Source: Myxococcales bacterium LLY-WYZ-16_1 (lineage in GTDB: Bacteria; Myxococcota; Kuafuiibacteriia; Kuafuiibacteriales; Kuafuiibacteriaceae). From it: a stretch of DNA of 64,000 bases. The first letter of the stretch is position 1; each line of letters starts with the position of its first letter. The stretch covers positions 14,547 through 78,546 of the forward strand of contig DAPKRQ010000263.1 of NCBI GenBank assembly GCA_031800475.1. Direction: 5' to 3'. The position numbers and the translations under genes are program-made. Below the pieces are notes generated by a model. It worked only from the letters and a program-made list of their open reading frames with translations. It had not been told where the DNA came from and did no database searches. Below, piece after piece: positions 1-10,864 of this stretch.

Positions 1-1029
1 GCGGCGTCTCCGCCGTCGGCGGCTCCGACCGGGCTGACCGAGGCCGGGAGCACCGCTCGGGCTCCGGCCCCGGGGGCGCCGGGGCGGGCCCGGGCAGCGA
101 AGACCCTCGAAGGGCGAAAAACCGAAGCCGGGGCAGCGCAGGCGATCGACGGGGCAGGGGAAGCGGTGCGGCTGGATCGGGCACGGACCCTGCGTCCGAC
201 GGACGGAGCGCCCCCGGGTGCGGATCCCGGGATCATGGACGCCCGGCCGACCGACGGGAGCCAGGTGGGCGCACGGCGGCTGACCGTCGACGGGAAGGCG
301 ATCTCCGAGCGAGCCGCGCAGCTCGGCGCAGGCGTGGCCGGCGCCGCCGTATCGGCCACCGCGCACCCCGAGGACGACCGCGAGGTCGCCCTCCGAGCGG
401 GCTTTGCGTGGGGCATGGACGCAGGAGGGCTCGGCGTTTCCACCGCAGAGGCGGTCCGGGCTCGCCGGGCGGCCCAACAGGCCGAGGCCCGCGCCCGAGC
501 GGCCCAGCCGAGTCCCGGAGATGCGCCCCTTCGAGCGTCCTCGGCGGACGCCGAAGCCGCCGAGGCGGTCCACGCCGGTCCCCGGGTCGACGCGGCGACG
601 GCGGCCCACGCCCGAGCGGCCGAAGCTCGACGGGCGGCGGACCACGCGGCCCGAGAGGTCGAGCGGCGGGTGCTTCAGCTCGGCGCCGGAGCGGGGCTCG
701 CCGCCCTCCGAAGCCTGGACGGACGCTCGGGCGCCGAAGCGATGGCCTGGGGGCGAGGCTGGACGGGCCGGGCCAGGTCCGCGGCCGAGGGGGTCCGGAC
801 CTTGGCGGAACGTCCGGGTGGAGCGGCCGCAGCCCGCGTCCTGGCCGAAGCTGGCGGCCTGGGCCTGCAGGTCGCGGCGGACGTCTTCGGCGACGCGACG
901 CGGCGGAACGGCCGGAACACACGGACCGCCCACCGGCTGCAGGCCGCCGCGACCGGGTTCGACCGGGCCGCCGCCGCGGTCTCCGGACCCGAAGCCCTGA
1001 CCGACCCGTCGTCTGGTTTGGACGAATGA
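1..1029 (+). CDS. 5'-truncated Ala/Arg-rich low-complexity protein of unknown function; the CDS appears to continue upstream of the window
   Basis: Frame 1 is open from base 1 to the stop at 1027-1029. Third codon positions are almost all G/C, as expected for real coding in this GC range. No recognisable domain. The overlapping minus-strand 1030-aa ORF is Arg/Pro-rich and judged spurious. Confidence 0.3.
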   Translation, partial: AASPPSAAPTGLTEAGSTARAPAPGAPGRARAAKTLEGRKTEAGAAQAIDGAGEAVRLDRARTLRPTDGAPPGADPGIMDARPTDGSQVGARRLTVDGKAISERAAQLGAGVAGAAVSATAHPEDDREVALRAGFAWGMDAGGLGVSTAEAVRARRAAQQAEARARAAQPSPGDAPLRASSADAEAAEAVHAGPRVDAATAAHARAAEARRAADHAAREVERRVLQLGAGAGLAALRSLDGRSGAEAMAWGRGWTGRARSAAEGVRTLAERPGGAAAARVLAEAGGLGLQVAADVFGDATRRNGRNTRTAHRLQAAATGFDRAAAAVSGPEALTDPSSGLDE

Positions 1030-1054
1030 CCGGCGGCGCGCTACGACCCCTGGG

Positions 1055-3460
1055 GTGGGCGCGTCCTTCGTCGTGCACGGGCATTTCTACCAGCCCCCGC
1101 GAGAGAACCCCTGGACCGAAGAAGTGGATCGCGAGCCCTCCGCGGCTCCCTTTCACGACTGGAACCAACGGATCTTCAAGGAATGCTACCGGGCCAATGC
1201 CTACGCCCGGATCGTGGACGACCGGGGCCGGGTGGTCCGCATCGTCAACAACTACGTCCACATGAGCTTCAACTTCGGCCCCACCCTCCTGCAGTGGATG
1301 GAGCGGCACCACCCGATCACCTACGGGCGCATCCTCGAAGCGGACCGGATCAGCCTGGAGCGTCGGGGCTACGGAAACGCCTTGGCCCAGGCCTACAACC
1401 ACACGATCCTCCCCCTCGACGCGCCTCGGGACCGCCGCACCCAAATCCGATGGGGCCTTTCCGACTTCCGAAAGCGCTTCCACCGGCCGGCCGACGGCAT
1501 GTGGCTGCCCGAAGCCGCCATCAACGCCGAGGTCGTCGACACCTTGATCGAGGAGGGAGTCGGCTTCGTGGTCCTGAGTCCCCACCAGGCCACCGGATTT
1601 CGAAAGCTGGGGGACCCCACGTGGACCCAGGTGGAGCGAGGCGCCATCGACCCGACCCGGCCGTACCTGATCCGGCACCGCATCCACCCCGAGCGCACCT
1701 TGTCGGTGCTGTTCTACGATGGTCCCAAGAGCCGGGCCGTGGCATTCGAGCGATCGATTTCCACCAGCCAGCGCCTGGTCGACAGCCTGATGGACCATGC
1801 GCCGAGCCAAGGCTTGGTCGCCCTGGCCACCGACGGAGAAAGCTACGGGCACCACACGGTCTTCGGAGACCGGACCCTGGCTCACGCCTTCGAAATGGAA
1901 GGCCCCCGGCGTTCGCTCGAATTCACCAACTTCGCGGCATGGCTCGCAGAAAACGAGCCGGCCCACGAGGTCTGCTTGTGGAGCGGCGACAACGGTCGGG
2001 GCAGTTCCTGGTCGTGTGCCCATGGGGTCGGGCGCTGGATCCGAGATTGCGGATGCCAGACCGGGGGGGCTCCGGAGTGGAATCAACGCTGGCGCACCCC
2101 ACTGCGGGCGGGCCTGGACGCCCTGCGCGAAAAGGCCAGCCAGGTCTTCGAAGATCGGGGCTCGGATCTCTTCGAGGACCCTTGGGAAGCCCGGGACGCC
2201 TACGTGGAGGTCCTGGGCGCGAGCCCGGTGGCGTTCGAACAGTGGTCTCGAGATCGGCAAAAACGGCCATGGACCGACGAAGACGCGGTCACGGCCCGGA
2301 CCCTGCTCGAAATGCAGCGGCACGCCTTGCTGATGTACACCTCTTGCGCCTGGTTCTTTCACGACATCTCGGGCATCGAAACGATCCAGATTCTGAAGTA
2401 TGCGGGACGCTGCATCGACGATCTCGCAGCGCTGGGTGCTCCTTCGTTCGAGCCGATTCTCTTGGAGCACTTGGCCGAAGCTGAAAGCAACCTTCCAGAG
2501 AAGGGAACGGGAGCCGACATCTACCGAAACCACGTTCCCCGATCGCGGGTGACCGCGGAACGGGTGGTGGGGCACCTGGCAATTTCGAGCGTCATGGACG
2601 GTATGCCTTCTGGTGGCTCGTTGGGAGCTTTCGCTTACGAGACCACAGATTTTCAAAAGACCTCGGTCCCGCCGCTGACCCTGTGCACCGCTCGGGTGAA
2701 GCTTCGTTCGGAATCGACGGGTCGGCCGAGTCACTTCGGCTTCGCCGCCCTGCACTTCGGCGGTATCGACTTCTATGCCGTGGTCCGCCCGAATCCCCAC
2801 GTGGAGGCCTTTTCGGCCCGGTCCCGAAAGCTTCACGACCTGATGGACGAAGCGTCGCTTCCCGTATTGCTGCGGGAGACCTTCGAATCCCTCGGTCCGC
2901 GAGAGTATCGGCTCGAGGACCTGCTTCCCGGGGGCGCCGAAAAGCTCGCCAAAGAAGTCTTCGGGTCGCTGCTGGACCGGTTCTTCGAAGCCTATGCACA
3001 GCTGTACCGGGACCACGGTCGCACCATGGAGATGCTGCAAGCCGCCGGCTTCGAGCTGCCCCGCGAGCTTCGGGCGGCGGCAGAGTTCACGCTGCAGCAC
3101 CGCTTCGAGGAGGAGATCCGACGCCAGGAAGAGAGCCGGGACCCCCGGGCCTATCGCCGGGCCATTCAGATCGCCCAAGAGGTCTCGGATCGGGGCTATC
3201 AGATCGATCGCACCAGCTCGAGCAGGGTGTTCGAAGCCATGCTGCATCGGTCGGTGCAGCAGGCCCTGCGCATGGCCGACGCTGCGTCGGTTCAGACCGT
3301 CCAGGAGATCGTCGAACTCATCCAACGACTGGATCTGCAGGTGTCCATCGAGCAGTCTCAGGAAGCAGTGGTGGAGGCGGTCCGCCGCCGGCGGGTACCG
3401 CCCGAGATCCGCGGTCCCCTGGGCGAAGCGCTGTTTATCTCACCGGAAGCGTTCTCCTGA
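1055..3460 (+). CDS. Glycoside hydrolase family 57 protein (GH57 catalytic region plus long C-terminal extension of the DUF3536 type)
   Basis: The N-terminus carries HGHFYQPPRENPW, the hallmark GH57 motif. Length is 801 aa, typical for this GH57 subfamily. Coding-like GC3. Confidence 0.85.
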   Translation: MGASFVVHGHFYQPPRENPWTEEVDREPSAAPFHDWNQRIFKECYRANAYARIVDDRGRVVRIVNNYVHMSFNFGPTLLQWMERHHPITYGRILEADRISLERRGYGNALAQAYNHTILPLDAPRDRRTQIRWGLSDFRKRFHRPADGMWLPEAAINAEVVDTLIEEGVGFVVLSPHQATGFRKLGDPTWTQVERGAIDPTRPYLIRHRIHPERTLSVLFYDGPKSRAVAFERSISTSQRLVDSLMDHAPSQGLVALATDGESYGHHTVFGDRTLAHAFEMEGPRRSLEFTNFAAWLAENEPAHEVCLWSGDNGRGSSWSCAHGVGRWIRDCGCQTGGAPEWNQRWRTPLRAGLDALREKASQVFEDRGSDLFEDPWEARDAYVEVLGASPVAFEQWSRDRQKRPWTDEDAVTARTLLEMQRHALLMYTSCAWFFHDISGIETIQILKYAGRCIDDLAALGAPSFEPILLEHLAEAESNLPEKGTGADIYRNHVPRSRVTAERVVGHLAISSVMDGMPSGGSLGAFAYETTDFQKTSVPPLTLCTARVKLRSESTGRPSHFGFAALHFGGIDFYAVVRPNPHVEAFSARSRKLHDLMDEASLPVLLRETFESLGPREYRLEDLLPGGAEKLAKEVFGSLLDRFFEAYAQLYRDHGRTMEMLQAAGFELPRELRAAAEFTLQHRFEEEIRRQEESRDPRAYRRAIQIAQEVSDRGYQIDRTSSSRVFEAMLHRSVQQALRMADAASVQTVQEIVELIQRLDLQVSIEQSQEAVVEAVRRRRVPPEIRGPLGEALFISPEAFS

Positions 3461-3486
3461 CGCCGCACGACTGCTAGTCAGGGGCG

Positions 3487-4035
3487 ATGGCTTTGACCGA
3501 GACGCCCGCCACGCCGCTCGGGTCGCCGGCACCCGACTTCGAGCTTTCGGACCCACGCGGCACGACCCACCGCCTCTCAGACCACGCGGGGCAGATCACG
3601 GTGGTGATGTTTTTGTGCAACCACTGTCCCTTCGTCCGGCACATCGCCGATCACCTGGCGACCTTCGCGGCCCGGCACCAGGAAGACGGCGTCGCCTTCT
3701 TGGCGGTGAACGCCAACGACGCCGAGAGCTATCCCCAAGACGGTCCCGGACCCATGGCGGAGGAAGCAAACCGACGGGGCTACCCGTTTCCCTACCTGCA
3801 CGACGCCGACCAGACCGTGGCCCGGGCCTACGGCGCCGTGTGCACGCCGGACTTCTTCGTCTACGACGGCGCGCACCGGCTGGCATACCGCGGCCGGTAC
3901 GACGGAAGCCGGCCGGCCAATGACATTCCGGTCACGGGCGAAGACCTGGCCGCGACCCTCGAGGCCCTGAAAGCGGGCCGGCCGGCCCCGGCCGGTGCCC
4001 CGAGCATGGGGTGCAGCATCAAGTGGAAGCGATGA
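3487..4035 (+). CDS. Thioredoxin-fold thiol-disulfide oxidoreductase (CxxC)
   Basis: 182 aa with a CNHCP redox motif in a thioredoxin-like context (FLCNHCPFV ... VCTPDFFVYD). Confidence 0.7.
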   Translation: MALTETPATPLGSPAPDFELSDPRGTTHRLSDHAGQITVVMFLCNHCPFVRHIADHLATFAARHQEDGVAFLAVNANDAESYPQDGPGPMAEEANRRGYPFPYLHDADQTVARAYGAVCTPDFFVYDGAHRLAYRGRYDGSRPANDIPVTGEDLAATLEALKAGRPAPAGAPSMGCSIKWKR

Positions 4036-4064
4036 CCCGAAGGAGACCGCCGCCGACGGCCCGG

Positions 4065-4083
4065 GTTTGCATTTGGTTTGCAC
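4065..4083 (+). promoter_or_regulatory. Direct repeat GTTTGCA-N5-GTTTGCA in an AT-richer island about 30 bp upstream of the Fur-family gene; candidate operator or promoter element
   Basis: Seen directly: gGTTTGCAtttgGTTTGCAcc. Local AT enrichment is unusual in this genome. It sits immediately 5' of the regulator start at 4115. Confidence 0.25.
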
Positions 4084-4114
4084 CTCGAAGGGTCGAGGGG
4101 TTAGGGTACCACAG

Positions 4115-4609
4115 ATGGGGCGGCTGAAACGACACGACGCTCGAAAGGCCCTGCGCGATGCGGGGCTCCGCGCCACGGCACCTCGGGTCGCCGTGCTCCA
4201 GCTGTTGGATCAGGCCAAAAAGCCCGTCTCCCACTCGGACGTGGTCGAGGCCTTGGGCGACGAGAGCTGGGATCAGGCCACGCTGTACCGCAACCTGTTG
4301 AAACTGGTGGAGGTCAACATGGCCCGGGTGGCCAGCCGGGCGTCCGGCATCACCCGGTACGAACGCGCGCTTCCCGACGACGACCCCCACCACCATCCTC
4401 ACTTCGCGTGCTCGGACTGCGGCAACGTGCTGTGCCTGCCCGGAGTTCAGGTGAAGGTCACGCCCAACTCCAAGTGGGGCCCAGCCATTCGGGACGCGGA
4501 GCTTCAGGTGGTCGGCAGTTGCCCCGACTGCAGAAAGCGCAAACCCCGAGGCCGCGGCCCGTCGACCCGGGCCCGGCGCACGGCCGACGGTCGACGCGCC
4601 CGGGCCTGA
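4115..4609 (+). CDS. Fur-family metalloregulator (Fur/Zur/PerR type)
   Basis: The N-terminus has a winged-helix region (LRATAPRVAVLQLL ... HSDVVEAL) typical of Fur. It also has an HHHPHF metal site and CxxC...CxxC structural-zinc motifs (CSDCG, CPDC). ATG at 4115. Confidence 0.8.
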   Translation: MGRLKRHDARKALRDAGLRATAPRVAVLQLLDQAKKPVSHSDVVEALGDESWDQATLYRNLLKLVEVNMARVASRASGITRYERALPDDDPHHHPHFACSDCGNVLCLPGVQVKVTPNSKWGPAIRDAELQVVGSCPDCRKRKPRGRGPSTRARRTADGRRARA

Positions 4610-4642
4610 ACCCGAGCCGACGCCGAGCCTCGGACGCGCCCG

Positions 4643-5386
4643 TCAGGCCGTTTCGGGCACCCGAATGAAGTCCACGTACTCGCCGTGGGTCAGGCAATGG
4701 GCCCAGATCCGGATCGTGTCGCCGGGCTTCGCGTCTTTGGGCAGCTGAACCAGGTACACCGTGTTCTTGCCCGAGTCGGCGGTGATGTCCCCACCGCCGT
4801 AGACCACGAAGTGGCCCTCCCGCTGCTCCAAAGTGCCCGGCCACTCCGGATAGGTGTTCTTTACCTCTTCGGCGTCGCCGTCCACGGCCTTCCGGACCTT
4901 CACCCAGTTGTACCAGTGGCCCTGGTTGTCGTTTTCGGGTCCTCGGGCTGCGTTGGGGTGCCGCACGTAGCCCTTGTCCGGGTCGCCCCACATGATCGCC
5001 AGCATGCCCGACGGCACTTGGGCGGACTTCAGCTCCGGAACGTAAGGCAGATGCTTGCCCAGGTGTTTTTTCACCCCGTCGGGTCCGTTGATCGAAGGCA
5101 GGTACGACTCGGGGATCTTCCCGGCATTCCCCCGGGCTCGGTTGTACGCGATCGGATCCCAGTCGGCCGGCTTCACCGCCGGCACTGCCAACACCGCGGC
5201 CTTCGGCTGGGCCTCGGCCTCGTCCGGCCCGGACGAAGCCGGCCCGGACTTTTCGGCGGACTCGGACCCGTTGTTCGAGGACACGCACGAGGTGACCCAC
5301 GGCATCAGCACCACGCCGCCCGTGGTTTGGGCGAGTTGCTGCATGAAGCGTCGTCGGGTGGGGTTCGAAAGCGGATCGGTCGTCAT
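4643..5386 (-). CDS. Tat-signal lipoprotein, function unknown
   Basis: Twin-arginine motif TRRRFMQQLA followed by a hydrophobic stretch and lipobox VTSC. Convergent with the Fur-family gene. Last gene of a co-directional run that also contains the TonB receptor. Confidence 0.55.
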   Translation of the reverse strand: MTTDPLSNPTRRRFMQQLAQTTGGVVLMPWVTSCVSSNNGSESAEKSGPASSGPDEAEAQPKAAVLAVPAVKPADWDPIAYNRARGNAGKIPESYLPSINGPDGVKKHLGKHLPYVPELKSAQVPSGMLAIMWGDPDKGYVRHPNAARGPENDNQGHWYNWVKVRKAVDGDAEEVKNTYPEWPGTLEQREGHFVVYGGGDITADSGKNTVYLVQLPKDAKPGDTIRIWAHCLTHGEYVDFIRVPETA

Positions 5387-5476
5387 GGCGGCGCGAGCCT
5401 AGCAGACTCATCCCCGCGGATCTCGCTCGCGCCGCGTCCGCGCCGCCGAGGCAGACCGGCCGGCCGGCCGGCCGGG

Positions 5477-6097
5477 TCAGTTCACCGTGATGTCGAAGGC
5501 CAGATCGACGTCGGTGCCACCGTCGTTGATGCCCGAGTTCATGGTCTTGACCGGCACGCCCCCCTCCGGAGGCTGGTGCTTCAAGATCACCCGAAAGCCC
5601 TCTGGCTCGGTCCCGGCCGTGGTGGCCTGCACGTTGTTGATCAATCCGACGGGCAGACCGTTTTCGTCCATGTCCGCGTAGTCCACGGTCACCAGGCTCC
5701 CGACGGCCGGCCCCTGGAAGAAGAACTGGTGTTCGTCGTCCTCTTCCGAGATCTCTTCGGTCACGTTCTCGGGTGGGGCGTCGGTCTCGTTCAACAGGGT
5801 CAGCGTCAAGGTGTACGTGTTCCCCGAGTCCAGCACGATCTCTTCGAACAGCTCCGGGGGCTCGGCGTCGTCCGGGTTCAGATCCCGGTAGGTGGCCTGC
5901 ACCGGGTTGCCGCCACCGTCGGGCGTGAAGGTCAAGGTCACGGTCGTGATCACCTCTTCGGGGTTGTCTCCATGGTCGTGGTCGTCGTCTCCGTGCCCGT
6001 TGACCTCGCCGTCGTCGCCGCAGGCCGGCGCCACGAGCCCCAACGCCAGGATGGCGGCCAAGGTGTGCAGCCAGGTCGTTCCGTTTCGCTTCATCAT
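5477..6097 (-). CDS. His-rich lipoprotein (HGHGDDDHDHGD), candidate metal-binding accessory of the adjacent TonB-dependent receptor
   Basis: Signal peptide with lipobox LVAPAC, then a histidine/aspartate cluster. Lies immediately downstream of the receptor gene on the same strand. Confidence 0.5.
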   Translation of the reverse strand: MMKRNGTTWLHTLAAILALGLVAPACGDDGEVNGHGDDDHDHGDNPEEVITTVTLTFTPDGGGNPVQATYRDLNPDDAEPPELFEEIVLDSGNTYTLTLTLLNETDAPPENVTEEISEEDDEHQFFFQGPAVGSLVTVDYADMDENGLPVGLINNVQATTAGTEPEGFRVILKHQPPEGGVPVKTMNSGINDGGTDVDLAFDITVN

Positions 6098-6142
6098 CTT
6101 TCGCTCCTCTCTTTCATGCTCCATTCGACCGAAGTCGAATCT

Positions 6143-8554
6143 TCAAAATCGGGTCTCGAAGGGCATTTGCAGGCGCAAGAAGCCCTGTAGTCCCGGCTCG
6201 TCGGCGTAGTACCGAAGACGGCTCAGGTAGTCGCGGTAGACCTCGTTGCCGAGGTTTCGGATCTCCACCTGAAGCCGAAAGGACTGTCCGGAGACCTCGA
6301 AGGTGGTCCCGAGCCCCACGTTCAACAGATGGTACGACGGTGGAGGCTCCGCGAAGTCCGCGTCCAAATCGAAGCGGGTTTGCTGGAGGACCACCTGGCT
6401 TTCGGCGTAGACGTAGTCCGAGCCCAGGACCGTTCCTGGCGGAGCCAGGGTCAGGCGCGTTCGCACCGAGTCGGGCGGCACGAATACCACGAAGCGGTCG
6501 TTGCTCAGATCCTCGCCCCGGATCAGCGATAGCTGGGTCTTCAACTCCATCCACGGAAACGGCCGCACGGCCGCCTCGGCGTCGATACCGGCGAACACCG
6601 CGTCGATCTGCGCGTACTGAAAGAGCGGAAACCGACCCCGGTTCGTGAGGGGGGCAACCGGAATGCCGTCTTCGGTGAGCACCGGCCCTGCGTAGATGTA
6701 CCCGTCGACGTAGTGGGTGTAGGCGCTGGCCGAAAAAGCGGTCCGGTCGCCCTGGTACTCGATCTGCCCCTGCAGGTTGTAGGTGATCTCGTTGTCCAGG
6801 TCCGGGTCGCCCCGTTCGAGGGCGGCGAGGCCCGAACTGACCCCGTTCACGAACAGTTCGTTCGGGGCTGGGTTTCGCACCGCCGACCCGAGGTTCGTGC
6901 GAAAGGTCCATCCGTCGGCCAGCTCGAAGATTCCGCCCACCCCGAAGGTGACTGCCGAGAACTCCCGGATCGCTTCCCGCTCGTCGGGTTCACAGGCCGG
7001 GCTGGTGGGTAGCTCTTCGGCGAAGGAGGACCGCTCCCCGACACAGAAGCGGTAGCGGCTCAGATCGACCCGCACGCCCGCGTCCAGAGCCACGCGATCC
7101 GCCACCCAGCGCGTTTGGGCGAACGCCCCGCCCGCGTTACGGACGTAGTCCGGAATGAACGGGTTCGCTCCGAAGAACCCGTTCACCTGATGCTGATAGG
7201 TCAGGCCCAGTTCGGTCTCGAGCGGGCCCGTGGAGACGGTCCCAGCAACTTCCGCGTAATGGGTGTCCAACTCGAAGGTCGCTTGGGGACGGTCTCGAAA
7301 GCGACGCTGCACCTGATCGAACTCTCGCCGGTCGTCCCGCTGAAACGCGTAACGCAGGTCGACGCGCACCGCATCGGAAAGCTCGGCACCCGCCTCCAGG
7401 CGGGTCGTCAGATGCTTCACCGAGACGAAGGGCCGCTCGAAACCCAGGTCGAATCGAAAGAACTCGGAGCCGAAGGGAAGCTCCGCGTCGAGCTGGTCCT
7501 GAAAAGTGGTGAAGCTCGAGTCGCCGATGCCAAAGAAAATGCCGTAGTTCGTCTGATAGAAGTCTGCCGAGGCCTCCACATACGCGGCGTCCCACTCGGC
7601 CCGCAACGCCCCACCGAAGTTCGCCTCTTCCTGGCCGGTATTGGCCAAAAAGTACCGGGGAGTGCGCAAGGTCCCTTGCTTTCGCAGGCTCGCCTGCCCC
7701 CGCGTGAACAGCTGCGGTCCGTCGTCCCCGAACCAGCGTGGCAAGGCCGCCTGCACCGACAGAGCCCCCGCCCCGCCGAACCCGTTGGCGAATCCCACCA
7801 AGGTCGTCTCGCCCGATAGACCCGGCTGTTCCGGATAGGGCGGGGGCTCCAGCAAGATGACCCCACCCAAGGCATCCGGTCCGAACCGCACGCCCGCCGC
7901 CCCTTTGACGACCTGCAGTTTGCCCGCCGAGAACGGGTCGATCTCGGGGCCGTGGTCCAGGCTCCAGTCCTGGCTTTCGTGGCGAATCCCGTCGTTCAGG
8001 ATCAACAGACGCTGGCCGGTGAACCCGTTCACCACCGGCTTGCTCACCGCCCCGCTGCCGATCACCTGGACGCCCGTGAGGGCTTGCAGGCTCCGGCCCA
8101 GGTCCAGGCCCCGGGTGCGGGCCAACGCTTCGCCGTCCAGGGTCTCGACGACGTGGGCCTCCCGGTCGGCGCCATTCAACTCTCGAGCCCGGATGTCCAC
8201 TTGGCCCAGGTCGAATGGGGTCAAGAAGAAATCGTGCTGGTTGGTGTGATCGCGGATGCCGAAGCGCTCCACGTGACGGGAATAGCCGGGCTTTTCCACC
8301 TCGACGCGAAACTCCCCCGGGCACAGCCCTTCGAGCCGATAGCGGCCGCCGGCACCGGACTCGGCCACCCGCACCTGGGCCGGCACCATCACCCGAGCCC
8401 CCGATATCGGTTGTCGTCGTTCCACATCGAGCACCTCGCCTTCGAGCACCCCGCTGCACTCCGCCCGGGCCGCGGACGGGAGCAGCACCGCGGCGGCGAA
8501 CGCTACCCAGATGAACCCGCGTCGCAACAAGCAGGTACCTGCAATCGGGTTGCG
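6143..8554 (-). CDS. TonB-dependent outer-membrane receptor with N-terminal carboxypeptidase-regulatory-like domain
   Basis: Signal peptide (MRNPIAG...SAARA). CarboxypepD_reg-like block (GEVLDVERRQPISGARVMV ... RYRLEGLCPGEFRVEV). Plug-domain motifs (LQALTGVQV, ILNDGIRHES). Long beta-barrel ending in an aromatic residue (ETRF). Confidence 0.85.
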   Translation of the reverse strand, partial: RNPIAGTCLLRRGFIWVAFAAAVLLPSAARAECSGVLEGEVLDVERRQPISGARVMVPAQVRVAESGAGGRYRLEGLCPGEFRVEVEKPGYSRHVERFGIRDHTNQHDFFLTPFDLGQVDIRARELNGADREAHVVETLDGEALARTRGLDLGRSLQALTGVQVIGSGAVSKPVVNGFTGQRLLILNDGIRHESQDWSLDHGPEIDPFSAGKLQVVKGAAGVRFGPDALGGVILLEPPPYPEQPGLSGETTLVGFANGFGGAGALSVQAALPRWFGDDGPQLFTRGQASLRKQGTLRTPRYFLANTGQEEANFGGALRAEWDAAYVEASADFYQTNYGIFFGIGDSSFTTFQDQLDAELPFGSEFFRFDLGFERPFVSVKHLTTRLEAGAELSDAVRVDLRYAFQRDDRREFDQVQRRFRDRPQATFELDTHYAEVAGTVSTGPLETELGLTYQHQVNGFFGANPFIPDYVRNAGGAFAQTRWVADRVALDAGVRVDLSRYRFCVGERSSFAEELPTSPACEPDEREAIREFSAVTFGVGGIFELADGWTFRTNLGSAVRNPAPNELFVNGVSSGLAALERGDPDLDNEITYNLQGQIEYQGDRTAFSASAYTHYVDGYIYAGPVLTEDGIPVAPLTNRGRFPLFQYAQIDAVFAGIDAEAAVRPFPWMELKTQLSLIRGEDLSNDRFVVFVPPDSVRTRLTLAPPGTVLGSDYVYAESQVVLQQTRFDLDADFAEPPPSYHLLNVGLGTTFEVSGQSFRLQVEIRNLGNEVYRDYLSRLRYYADEPGLQGFLRLQMPFETRF

Positions 8555-8588
8555 CATAACTTGCACGGCTTCTTCGTCCAAGTCGTTT

Positions 8589-9263
8589 TCAGGTGCGAAC
8601 GCGGTAAAACGTGAGATCGGCCCCCCGGCGAACGGCGGCAGACGCCGGAACCGTCCGCGACGACCGGTCGACCCGCAGCCCGAGCCCCGCCACCTCTTCG
8701 GCGAAACGATCCGCCCACTTGCGCCCCGGGTCGGACACCCACAGCTCGACCGATCCCCGGATCCAGCGCCGGCAAAGCCGTACCAGCCACCGAACGTTGC
8801 GGGCTTCGTAGAGCACGTCCGCCGCCAAGATCACGTCGGCTTCCGGGGTCGCAGGAGCCTCGCGCCAGTCGAGGCGACCCGTCTCCACCGCAAGCCCGTT
8901 TTCGCCGGCGCTGGCCGCCACGTATCGGAGCGCCTCCGGATCCCAGTCCGTAGCCCGGACCCGGGTCGCCCCTGCCCGGGCCGCCGCCAAGCTGCACAGC
9001 CCGAGTCCGCAGCCCAGTTCCAAGACCGAGCGGCCCGACACGTCGATCTCCGTCCGAGCCACCGCTTCGGCCAGACCCACCGCGCTGGCCCACAGGTCGG
9101 ACCAATAGGGCATCTTGTCGTCCGGATCGGCGGGTGCCTCGACCAGGGCGTCCAGCACGGTCTCCGGGTTCAGGGGCCGCCACAGCTGCAGCGGTCCCTC
9201 GGGAAGCGGCACCGGCTCGAGCTTCGACGGATACGGGAGCGGTTCGGAAATCAGGTCGGACAC
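8589..9263 (-). CDS. Class I SAM-dependent methyltransferase, Methyltransf_16-like (putative protein-lysine methyltransferase)
   Basis: Motif I VLELGCGLGLCSLAAARAGA, then ATDWDPEAL and ADVLY post-motifs characteristic of the Nnt1/METTL21-like family. Confidence 0.65.
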   Translation of the reverse strand: MSDLISEPLPYPSKLEPVPLPEGPLQLWRPLNPETVLDALVEAPADPDDKMPYWSDLWASAVGLAEAVARTEIDVSGRSVLELGCGLGLCSLAAARAGATRVRATDWDPEALRYVAASAGENGLAVETGRLDWREAPATPEADVILAADVLYEARNVRWLVRLCRRWIRGSVELWVSDPGRKWADRFAEEVAGLGLRVDRSSRTVPASAAVRRGADLTFYRVRT

Positions 9264-9339
9264 CGTGACAACTTTCGAGGCGGAACGTCGAAGCGGCCCC
9301 CGATCGCCTCGCTCCCGGCCAGGCCGCGCAACGCGCCGA

Positions 9340-10743
<1,404 letters not shown>

Positions 10744-10794
10744 GGACGCCGGCTACCACAGGCCCCCGACCGGGTCAGCCAGCCGGGGTGTTGC

Positions 10795-10864
10795 GGATCC
10801 GACACGGTGCGGTGTCGGATCTCCATGACCCGGGATCGGGTTGACCGGCATCCCGACACCGCAC
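10795..10864. promoter_or_regulatory. Palindrome GGATCCGACAC-N6-GTGTCGGATC plus a further copy of the 12-mer CCGACACCGCAC about 35 bp downstream, in the divergent fumC-prfC intergenic region
   Basis: Seen directly in sequence. The 12-mer GTGCGGTGTCGG occurs once on each strand. This is a candidate dimeric regulator site or a structured RNA leader. Confidence 0.3.

Noticed and set aside
233-3325. 1030-aa minus-strand ORF, extremely Arg/Pro/Gly-rich
   Set aside because: It is antisense to the well-supported GH57 gene. Its composition is what an off-frame of GC-rich coding DNA gives. It has no motif. Shadow ORF.
4685-6190. 501-aa plus-strand ORF
   Set aside because: It overlaps two minus-strand genes that have signal peptides and lipoboxes. 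It is Gly/Arg/Val-rich and low-complexity. Shadow ORF.
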